From a virus (Duplodnaviria; Caudoviricetes): a stretch of 64,000 nt of DNA. Below the pieces are notes generated by a model. It ran no database searches, was not told the DNA's origin, and saw only the letters and a list, made by a program, of their open reading frames with translations. Positions 56,680 to 64,000 of this stretch are shown here, in pieces. The stretch lies in IMG/VR virus record IMGVR_UViG_3300022555_000003, positions 160,001 through 224,000 of that record; one strand, 5' to 3'. Positions within the stretch are counted from its first letter, which is position 1. Each line of letters starts with the position of its first letter. Position numbers and translations under genes: made by a program.

Positions 56680-56706
56680 CTTGCGAGTTCCTTCACAAGT
56701 ATTTAG
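56680..56706 (-). promoter_or_regulatory. late promoter abutting an SD-sequestering hairpin
   Basis: CTAAATA-CTTGTGA-AGGAAC-TCGCAAG-CAT-ATG. Confidence 0.7.
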
Positions 56707-56707
56707 C

Positions 56708-57337
56708 TTATGTTGTTAAAATATGATTATATTTATATAAGTCTTTAGCTTTAACAACAATGGTATTTCCGTTTTCATCTTTTACATACCATTTATGAGT
56801 TGGGGTACATAAAACTTTCTCATTATTTTCAAATTCAATTTCTAATAAATCTTGAATACCTTTATAGAATAAAGAAAATGGTTTCCATAATATTGTATTT
56901 GTTTTAATGCAAAAAGTTTTTACTAAATCTGTATCATCTTTCAAATCCTTTATTGGAATATGCTGAACTGTTCCATCTCTAAGAATAGTTACTGTGGTAT
57001 TTTCTTCTAAACACTCATCAAGTAATACAATTTTCATATCACCAAATGGCATAGTGCTGATAAAATTTGTAATCTTATTACGCATATCATCAACACTATT
57101 CTCACGGCTTGCATTAATCTCGAGTAGATCATACTTATGAATATTCAGTGCTTTAATAAGAATCTTAGCTAGAGTTGTTTTTCCAGTTCCAGTTGGACCT
57201 TCTAATAGAATATGATTAATTTGTTTTTCATTAATCCATTTTTCAATTTGAGATTGTTGCTGTAGACTTGAAAATACATAGCCTGACAGAGTGTCAGGCC
57301 TGTATAATTCTGTCCAAATTGTTTGAACCGTTGCCAT
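56708..57337 (-). CDS. clamp loader small subunit (RFC/gp44-like) N-extein plus split-intein N-fragment
   Basis: WTELYRP, GPTGTGKT, EINASREN, IVLLDE, then IntN from Cys109 (57013): CLEENTTV...CTPTHKWYV (block B TxxH). Confidence 0.9.
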   Translation of the reverse strand: MATVQTIWTELYRPDTLSGYVFSSLQQQSQIEKWINEKQINHILLEGPTGTGKTTLAKILIKALNIHKYDLLEINASRENSVDDMRNKITNFISTMPFGDMKIVLLDECLEENTTVTILRDGTVQHIPIKDLKDDTDLVKTFCIKTNTILWKPFSLFYKGIQDLLEIEFENNEKVLCTPTHKWYVKDENGNTIVVKAKDLYKYNHILTT

Positions 57338-57385
57338 ATGTTAATTATATTTCCTTAGTAATTAAGTATAACATAGTTACAAATA

Positions 57386-57715
57386 TTATGCAACTCCTAC
57401 AGCATCATCTTCGTTAGGAAATACATCAGATACAGCAAGAATTGCTTTTGTGTCTACTAATCGAATAACATCATCACTAATTTTAACACCACGAGACCAT
57501 CGTCCGTGTTCAATTAATAAGTATTGACCTACGCTAATATCTTCTTGCTTTGGTCCAATTGCATAAACCCTTCCCCATCGTGGTCTAATGCCGGTAGATT
57601 TTGCATCATCAGACAGCAAAATGATACCCGCTTTAGTTTTTCGTTCGCTAAAGTTCATCTCTTTAACTAAGACATTATCTCGTAATGGTACTACTGTTCC
57701 ATCATACTGTTGCAT
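57386..57715 (-). CDS. groES: GroES-like co-chaperonin
   Basis: PLRDNVLV, TKAGIIL mobile loop, GRVYAIGP, ISVGQ. Confidence 0.88.
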   Translation of the reverse strand: MQQYDGTVVPLRDNVLVKEMNFSERKTKAGIILLSDDAKSTGIRPRWGRVYAIGPKQEDISVGQYLLIEHGRWSRGVKISDDVIRLVDTKAILAVSDVFPNEDDAVGVA

Positions 57716-57745
57716 TGTTATTTCATCTATCCTTTTATTTTCTAA

Positions 57746-58078
57746 CTATTGTATTACGACTATTTTGAGTATAATCAAAAGAGCCCAAATTGCTTTAAAT
57801 GATATATGTATGTACTGATCTTCATTTAATGAAATTTTACCTTCAGATTTTGTATAATCAGTTATTGCATGAGCTATTGTTTCAAGTACACCTAATAATA
57901 CAGATCCAGTAATTAAAGCTACCATTCCACCTTGTATTAGTGAATGCCAAAATAAGCATTGATACCAAGGAATCCCAGGAATTGGAGACTTGTGATTCTT
58001 CCCACGTGCTAAAAAATCTCCTTGTAATGGATAATCAGCAAGACCATGTCCAACAAGTAACCAGAAGAAGAGTTCCAT
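57746..58078 (-). CDS. membrane protein, DUF3307-like
   Basis: GHGLADYPLQ, HSLIQ, HAITD, DQYIH. Confidence 0.75.
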   Translation of the reverse strand: MELFFWLLVGHGLADYPLQGDFLARGKNHKSPIPGIPWYQCLFWHSLIQGGMVALITGSVLLGVLETIAHAITDYTKSEGKISLNEDQYIHISFKAIWALLIILKIVVIQ

Positions 58079-58338
58079 TATTCACTTTCTGTTGGTGGTA
58101 CTTCCACTAACGCATTTTGTTTCTTAACACGTGGTTTCTTTGTTGGAATTACAGAATGTAACTTGTAATATTCTGTCATCTGTTCTTTTCTTGTTCTTGG
58201 TACTTCTACCATTGGAGCAATTTCGTCTCCCCGAGCATTCACATTCATATTACCTAATGCGACAACTGTTTCATTTTTAAATCTAATCGCATCCATATCT
58301 ATAATCTGACCGTTCGCTGTTTTTGTAATATTTGGCAT
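58078..58338 (-). CDS. hypothetical protein
   Basis: SD GGAG before MPNITKTANGQIIDM; NMNVNARGD. Confidence 0.65.
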   Translation of the reverse strand: MPNITKTANGQIIDMDAIRFKNETVVALGNMNVNARGDEIAPMVEVPRTRKEQMTEYYKLHSVIPTKKPRVKKQNALVEVPPTESE

Positions 58339-58346
58339 ATCTTCTC

Positions 58347-58856
58347 CTATTTCAAAAAATCTTTGTAATTTAATTCCCACTTAATGGAATTAATTTTGTG
58401 TACTCCTAATTTATAAAGTACAAAACTCGAAACGCTACTCCCTCTTCCAATACCAAGTACAATATTATTTTCTTTAAGTGTTGTAACCATATAATGTAAG
58501 TACCTAAGTAAATCTATTAAATTAAATTCTTCATATAGTATTAGCTCTTGTGCAATTCGTGTAAGTTCTACGTCATCTTTGCACGAATCTACTAAAATTT
58601 TAATTATGTCTATTTGTTTATACTTATCTGGCATCAGCCAAATTGATTGTAATTGTGTATGAAAATCTTCAGCAACTTCACATTGTGACCATTGCGGTAA
58701 TAGTGCAAAATCGCTATACAATTCTCTGATGGCATCATTATATTTTGATAATCCAACAATGCTAGTAATAGATATGTTTGCATCAGGATTAGTTTTAATA
58801 ATATCTATTAACTCTTCTTCTGTGCGACCTACTAAACCACAATCACTAATTTTCAT
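58347..58856 (-). CDS. stand-alone fragment resembling DNA polymerase III alpha (DnaE)
   Basis: IVLGIGRGSSVSSFVLYKLGVHKIN matches the DnaE GxGRGS..GS.V.Y.LGIT motif. Confidence 0.65.
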   Translation of the reverse strand: MKISDCGLVGRTEEELIDIIKTNPDANISITSIVGLSKYNDAIRELYSDFALLPQWSQCEVAEDFHTQLQSIWLMPDKYKQIDIIKILVDSCKDDVELTRIAQELILYEEFNLIDLLRYLHYMVTTLKENNIVLGIGRGSSVSSFVLYKLGVHKINSIKWELNYKDFLK

Positions 58857-59553
58857 TCGTACTTTTGCCACCATCAACAACTTCTACTTTAAATTTATTA
58901 CTCTTTGGCTTTCTCTTATTCTTAGGTTTCGGAACTTTCATCTCAATAATGTCAGCTAATTTTTCAGGAATAAATTCTATATCTAATTCTTCATCAGTAT
59001 CTTCAACAAAATTTAAACCTAAATCATCCCATGTTAGAAATTCATCTTCTGAATCATTAACATCAATATCAACTAACAAAGCATCGTTTTTATGCCACCA
59101 CGGCCAAAATTGTTTCTTTTTTCCTGTTGGCTTTTCTAAAGCAAATGGTCCTAGTGCATCACCAGCAGTGTAATCATACCATACATTGTCACCAAATGTA
59201 CTACTAATTCGAACGCGATTACAAATTAGAGTGTCCTCCATAACAGCATTTATTTTGCAGAATATAGCCAAGCCAATAATCTGATCAAATGCTTCATCAG
59301 GAAATAGTACCATCTTTCCTGGATATAAATTAGCCAATGATTCAAAATTTGTGTTATTAGCAGATATAAAAATACTGTTGTTAAACAGTGTTGTAATAAC
59401 AAACTTCATACGTTCAAAAGCTATATTTTGAAACTTGGAACTTTCTGTATTTGTCACCATTTGCAATTCGACAAAGAAATGATTAGGAAAAATCTTATCA
59501 TCAAAAACGCAAATACCTAAAAAATTACAATTCCAATCCAGTTTAACGTTCAT
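58846..59553 (-). CDS. hypothetical protein with acidic/basic tail
   Basis: 235-aa ORF. Confidence 0.65.
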   Translation of the reverse strand: MNVKLDWNCNFLGICVFDDKIFPNHFFVELQMVTNTESSKFQNIAFERMKFVITTLFNNSIFISANNTNFESLANLYPGKMVLFPDEAFDQIIGLAIFCKINAVMEDTLICNRVRISSTFGDNVWYDYTAGDALGPFALEKPTGKKKQFWPWWHKNDALLVDIDVNDSEDEFLTWDDLGLNFVEDTDEELDIEFIPEKLADIIEMKVPKPKNKRKPKSNKFKVEVVDGGKSTNEN

Positions 59554-59563
59554 TTATATATCC

Positions 59564-59794
59564 TCAACTGATATCTATAATATCAGACAGCTTTCCATTT
59601 TTATTAGATTTTTCCAAAAATTCCATATTACGACGGGTTTGTTCTTCCATCAATGAATTAAAAATCATTGATACTTGATTGTATAAGTCTGGATCGGACG
59701 CAAATCGAAATATACCACTTATTTTAGTAATTTTTTCAGACAATTCGTTTTCTGTTAGTTTTGTATAATCTTCTATTAATGGATGCATCATCAC
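59564..59794 (-). CDS. small hypothetical protein
   Basis: GGAGG SD; TTGAAT-18 nt-TATAAT upstream. Confidence 0.65.
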   Translation of the reverse strand: MMMHPLIEDYTKLTENELSEKITKISGIFRFASDPDLYNQVSMIFNSLMEEQTRRNMEFLEKSNKNGKLSDIIDIS

Positions 59795-59839
59795 CTCCTT
59801 GCTATTTAATTATAGCATAGGAATAACTTAAAATTCAAA

Positions 59840-60889
59840 TTAAATTAAAGGAGTTGCTGTAACACAAGCTCCAGCTATAACTGTTAAATTTCCACCATTG
59901 GTTGATCCAGTTATAGTAACAATATCATTATAAGTATTAAAATATGTTCCATTAATTTTTGCCATCCGTAATGTTGAACTAGCTGTAATTACATTGCTGT
60001 AAATATTGCTTGCATTACTAGTTAATACAGTGAAGTCGCTTCCTGGAGCATTTTGTTGCTCAACCGAGTAAACACTAACCGCAGAAGCATTACCAAACTG
60101 AACACTAAAACTGTGAACATTTGTTGCAGATAAGCTATGAGTGAATGGTATTGTTGCTGTAAATTGATATGGTGTTCCTGCATTTGTATAAAATGATAGT
60201 CCAGTTGTTGTTAATGCTCTACTAGTTGTAGTTGCATTAATAACAACATTTGAAGTTGCAACACTCATTAATGCTCTAGAACTTTTTTCAACTACTGAAA
60301 TTGTTAAACCAGCATCAACCGATCCAAATATAAATTCATATATTCCAGTATGTGAAAATGTTATAACATTAGTTGTTTGATTGTACCCAGCAATATTTTC
60401 TGTATAAAGTAAATTTGGATTACCTGCATTAGAATATATAGCTAAGGTATGTGTAATATTAGCAACTGTTACAAGTACGGTAGCTTCTGCAAATTGCCCA
60501 GCAAGTGGCCAGTTTGCAAATACAAGCTGTGAGGAAACTCTAGTTCCACTTAAAGCAATTGTTTTATAATTACCGTTGTTGAAATCAATAGTTACATTAC
60601 CACTAGTTACCTGATTGCCAAGATCTTCACTAGTCAAACTTACATCTTTAAGTACCGCAGAAATAATCTGATTATTATTAAAATTATTACTCGTAATTGT
60701 AGGAGTTGAACCATAAGTCAATGGCGCCTTGACAACTACTTTATCCTGGAGATCTTCTATTTCACGTTTTAAAATAGTAAGATTATTTTTTACTCCAGTA
60801 AAATTGTCACGGAAGCCCTGACTGTTATTGTCTACACCAGCTACGGGAAAATTTTGATTTATACTATTTGGGGTTACCTGACTGGGCAT
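59840..60889 (-). CDS. virion structural protein (tail/baseplate-associated)
   Basis: NFPVAGVDNNSQGFRDNF N-terminus, Thr/Asn/Ser-rich beta content, CTAAATA and GGAGGA upstream. Confidence 0.65.
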   Translation of the reverse strand: MPSQVTPNSINQNFPVAGVDNNSQGFRDNFTGVKNNLTILKREIEDLQDKVVVKAPLTYGSTPTITSNNFNNNQIISAVLKDVSLTSEDLGNQVTSGNVTIDFNNGNYKTIALSGTRVSSQLVFANWPLAGQFAEATVLVTVANITHTLAIYSNAGNPNLLYTENIAGYNQTTNVITFSHTGIYEFIFGSVDAGLTISVVEKSSRALMSVATSNVVINATTTSRALTTTGLSFYTNAGTPYQFTATIPFTHSLSATNVHSFSVQFGNASAVSVYSVEQQNAPGSDFTVLTSNASNIYSNVITASSTLRMAKINGTYFNTYNDIVTITGSTNGGNLTVIAGACVTATPLI

Positions 60890-60931
60890 CGATAATCTCC
60901 TCCATATATATATTTAGCAAATTTATATCTT

Positions 60932-61798
60932 TTACTCAACATTATCAGACAATTTTCTACCTTTATGTGCTTTTGACATATTAGCTCTGTGTTCATCAGA
61001 TTTTGGTTTACCTTTAGATGCTTTTGACATTTTAGCTCTTGTTTCAGCAGATTTTGGTTTAGACATTTTGAGTTTGGTTTCATCAGACAATTTTCTACCT
61101 TTATGTGCTTTTGACATATTAGCTCTGTGTTCATCAGATTTTGGTTTACCTTTAGATGCTTTTGACATTTTAGCTCTTGTTTCAGCAGATTTTGGTTTTG
61201 ACATATTGGCTTTTGCTTCAGCAGAAAATAGTTTCCGTTTTTTGCATGTAAACGATTTTGACACATTAGATATAACTTTAGGTGATGGAGTTTTACCTAA
61301 CATTGCTTTTGATATTTTATTTTTTGTTTCTTGAGTAGGAGGTTTTCTTTCTAATGCCGCTTTTGACATATTGGCCCTTGCTTCATCTGAATGTTTACGA
61401 CCTAATAGTAATTTTGATGTAGCATTAGAATTTAAAATTTTAGCTTCTTCATATTCTTCTGGAGTTGGAATATATAGACTATTATTTGACTTACTTTTTC
61501 GAAACATATTAAAAAATGCATGTGACATTTTATAATAACTAGTACCAACGGGCAACATATGAGTTAATAATTGATGACATATAAAATGTTCTTTACCAGT
61601 TAAAATAACTAAATTGGTTGGATCATTTGGATTACCATCTAGCCAACCAGTTTTACTTCTTTTATTATTTTTATAAAATGATGCAGGAATTATATGATGT
61701 TTCTCGGTATATCCATAAGGTGGAAACAATATGGCCATTTCAATTATTTCATAATATCTTTTTGTTGATTGGTTATCTAGAAATTCACTAAATGTCAT
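60932..61798 (-). CDS. HNH homing endonuclease with NUMOD3-type repeats
   Basis: EKHHIIP...LVILTGKEHFICH; paralog of 26627-27286. Confidence 0.85.
   Translation of the reverse strand: MTFSEFLDNQSTKRYYEIIEMAILFPPYGYTEKHHIIPASFYKNNKRSKTGWLDGNPNDPTNLVILTGKEHFICHQLLTHMLPVGTSYYKMSHAFFNMFRKSKSNNSLYIPTPEEYEEAKILNSNATSKLLLGRKHSDEARANMSKAALERKPPTQETKNKISKAMLGKTPSPKVISNVSKSFTCKKRKLFSAEAKANMSKPKSAETRAKMSKASKGKPKSDEHRANMSKAHKGRKLSDETKLKMSKPKSAETRAKMSKASKGKPKSDEHRANMSKAHKGRKLSDNVE
60944..61200. repeat. 138-bp near-perfect tandem duplication encoding NUMOD3-type units
   Basis: KPKSAETRAKMSKASKGKPKSDEHRANMSKAHKGRKLSD twice. Confidence 0.85.
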
Positions 61799-61869
61799 TG
61801 AGCTGTTACTCCTTATTAGTAATAGAGTAGTTGGATATTCAAGTACCGCTAACTACAATTATATTTACT
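61799..61869 (-). promoter_or_regulatory. late promoter plus conserved structured 5' leader (copy B)
   Basis: GTAAATA...GTAGTT-AGC-GGTA/TATC-C-AACTAC...TTACT-AATAAGG-AGTAA. Confidence 0.75.
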
Positions 61870-64000
61870 AAACTGATACAATTCCTGATTCAATAAAATA
61901 TTTACGTTTAAATACTGTATATTTTGATCCAACATCTTTTTTGAGATATTCATCGGTACTATTCGAAAAGAATTTAGTAGTATTATCATCAAATGTTGTT
62001 TTGAGTTCTGCTGATACTATTTCTTTATCAATAAATCCTGGAACTGTATAAGCTGATCCTAGTGTTTCCGGAGCTACCAAACTTACTACAGTGCCGCCGT
62101 GTTTCACACCACTCGTAACTCCAACGCTAGTATATGGTGAACTATTTATATACTGTAATGGACTTACAAAGTCTAACGTAACTATTCCATTGGATCCAAT
62201 TAAAATTCTCCAAATTCCAGCTCGTTGATAATCAATTGTTGGATTAATAAAATGTTCCTGAAATCCTGGAATAACTGTAAATGGTTCGTAATTTTCTCCA
62301 TATATTTGTTCTTCATATGGAGTTACTCTTACCCAACCATCATACAATTCATCAGACATATTAAAATCTATAGGTGATCCATCTGGATTTGTATATAATT
62401 CTTGCTTGAAAAACACTAATAATTTATTATTTAAATCACCTCTATATCCGTCTATCAAGCCAAGCGCACCTAAATCATATGCATTGGCATTGTTAATTTG
62501 ATAGAATGGAGTTTCAACTGCAAAATCAACAATTGAAACAATATTTTCAACACTTATTATTTGATCAAATGTTGTTAACTTATTCAAATAATATTGATTC
62601 AATGATTTATCAAAGTTTAAAGCCAATCCATCATCCCAGAGGTATCTATCTGTAATAGCATTTATATTTGTTAACTGTAATGATAATTGTAATTTGTATA
62701 ATATTTTCTTACCAAATCCTGGCTTCACATATAATAATGGAACTGCATCTATACATTTTCCGTCTTGATCAATTAACCAATTTGCTAGTAATCTCTTTGT
62801 ATTTCGGCTTAACTTATTTTTAATTTGCTCACGCATGTTTGGCAAACTAGCTGGATACAATTCCATAATCTTACTATCACTAACATATGTTAGATCATCA
62901 TCTGCTGTTATATAAGAGTTATCAGCTGTTATTGGAATATTAATTTGACTAGTAGATATACTTCCCGATAATTGAGTTCCGTTTTCTGTAGTAAATCTAT
63001 CTACTGGATTAATATATATTACTTCATATTCAACTTCTCCAGTTGAAGTTAAGCTTTGTGCCCATCTTAAATCAGTAAATAGATATTGTTTGGTGTGATG
63101 ATATGCTGCTATAGCACCTATTAAGTCGCTATCAGTTGCTGTATTAATTCCATATGCAACTAACATTCGATAAGTATTCTGTCTGCCAAACCAATGATCA
63201 CTAAGTCTGTAAATGTGTTCATCTGGTACTATTTTATCATTGAAAATTGCTGTTCTAATTTTGTCTCTATCTACACCATTAAGTAAGAATTCTAAGTATA
63301 AATTTGAACTTGGTTTGCGTTTGTAATCTGCTATATAGAATGTAAAGCTTCTGTCCTTATAAATTTCACGACGTATTGGATCGTTTAAATGTAAACTAGC
63401 TCTAACAGATACTACATATTTTCTATCAAATGTAGTTATATCTTTGTCAAATGTTGTTCCATCATTTAATAATAAATGTTGATGACTTGCTCTTCCTTCA
63501 AAATTTCCAAAATTAGTAAATTCTAATCCACGTGGTAAATCGTCTGAAGTAAATCGTAATACTGTATTATTTGGCAATGTTTGTAGACTGCTAAGTTTAA
63601 TTATATTATTAACTTCATCCACTGAAACAACAACTGTAGATAGTGGAATATCAACCTGAGTTGATATCACTGGCATGCCAACTAAAATTCCATCAACGCT
63701 ATCTAATTGTATAATATTTTGATTAATAGCAGAACTTAACATTGTGTGTTCTATATATGGTATAATAGAATAAGATATTTCAGTATCAGAAGAATTAGTC
63801 GCATGAACTGAAAGCGTGCTTGGTACTCCACTAGTTACAACTCCTAAGTCAGGTTGTGTAATCCAAGTTATTAAATAATTATTACTATTTGTTACTGTTA
63901 ATATTCTCTTCCATAAACTACTAAAAGGATTGTCTACATTTCTAGTATAATGAGGAACTGTTTGAGGGCTTAAAAAAGTTAATATTTCTGTTGCAACCAA
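61868..64000 (-). CDS. large baseplate/wedge-type structural protein (5' end outside window)
   Basis: Over 710 aa open to the window edge; repeated TTFD motifs, YEVIY, PASLPNMR; located among structural genes. Confidence 0.6.
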   Translation of the reverse strand: MVATEILTFLSPQTVPHYTRNVDNPFSSLWKRILTVTNSNNYLITWITQPDLGVVTSGVPSTLSVHATNSSDTEISYSIIPYIEHTMLSSAINQNIIQLDSVDGILVGMPVISTQVDIPLSTVVVSVDEVNNIIKLSSLQTLPNNTVLRFTSDDLPRGLEFTNFGNFEGRASHQHLLLNDGTTFDKDITTFDRKYVVSVRASLHLNDPIRREIYKDRSFTFYIADYKRKPSSNLYLEFLLNGVDRDKIRTAIFNDKIVPDEHIYRLSDHWFGRQNTYRMLVAYGINTATDSDLIGAIAAYHHTKQYLFTDLRWAQSLTSTGEVEYEVIYINPVDRFTTENGTQLSGSISTSQINIPITADNSYITADDDLTYVSDSKIMELYPASLPNMREQIKNKLSRNTKRLLANWLIDQDGKCIDAVPLLYVKPGFGKKILYKLQLSLQLTNINAITDRYLWDDGLALNFDKSLNQYYLNKLTTFDQIISVENIVSIVDFAVETPFYQINNANAYDLGALGLIDGYRGDLNNKLLVFFKQELYTNPDGSPIDFNMSDELYDGWVRVTPYEEQIYGENYEPFTVIPGFQEHFINPTIDYQRAGIWRILIGSNGIVTLDFVSPLQYINSSPYTSVGVTSGVKHGGTVVSLVAPETLGSAYTVPGFIDKEIVSAELKTTFDDNTTKFFSNSTDEYLKKDVGSKYTVFKRKYFIESGIVSV

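Noticed and set aside
984-61334. Many plus-strand ORFs antisense to long genes (e.g. 1432-1701, 11001-11507, 24953-25471, 26568-26996, 58865-59173)
   Set aside because: They lie fully inside well-supported opposite-strand genes, lack motifs, and look like shadow ORFs.
1-64000. Stop-codon reassignment, as seen in some large phages
   Set aside because: Long conserved genes are intact under code 11, and TAG and TGA both end tightly coupled genes.
1-64000. tRNA or rRNA genes, expected given the CCA enzyme
   Set aside because: Intergenic gaps are short and I saw no cloverleaf with a T-loop consensus; tRNAscan-SE or ARAGORN would be needed to exclude them formally.

Overview
This window is a strongly AT-rich, gene-dense piece of a large T4-superfamily (jumbo-type) myophage genome, read in the standard genetic code and mostly on the minus strand. 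From left to right it holds: a translationally coupled array of at least five small paralogs; an early nucleotide block (IMPDH/GMP reductase family, RNase H, and a 7-deazaguanine pathway of QueE, QueD, FolE, a DpdL-motif T-fold protein and a TGT/DpdA-like enzyme, interleaved with a glycosyltransferase and two oxidoreductases); sliding clamp and a two-gene PolB; a ~22.5 kb late block (23174-45662); Clp/DnaJ chaperones; a holin-lipase-spanin lysis module; PhoH; a clamp-loader gene fractured by a split intein with a free-standing endonuclease between the halves; GroES; and tail/baseplate genes. The main finding is the late block. About 23 of its proteins begin with a short Glu-containing leader resembling the T4 capsid-targeting/prohead-protease sequence (MRSSEFITE, MRLNE, MKITE). 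They include 13 tandem paralogs with R-S-E ADP-ribosyltransferase motifs and diversified active-site residues and inserts, plus a CCA-adding enzyme, a ligase-like nucleotidyltransferase, a HIGH nucleotidyltransferase, a GNAT and a Nudix hydrolase. I interpret this as a virion-packaged, co-injected effector arsenal evolving by gene birth and death. Family assignments come from motif recognition by eye; no database searches were run.
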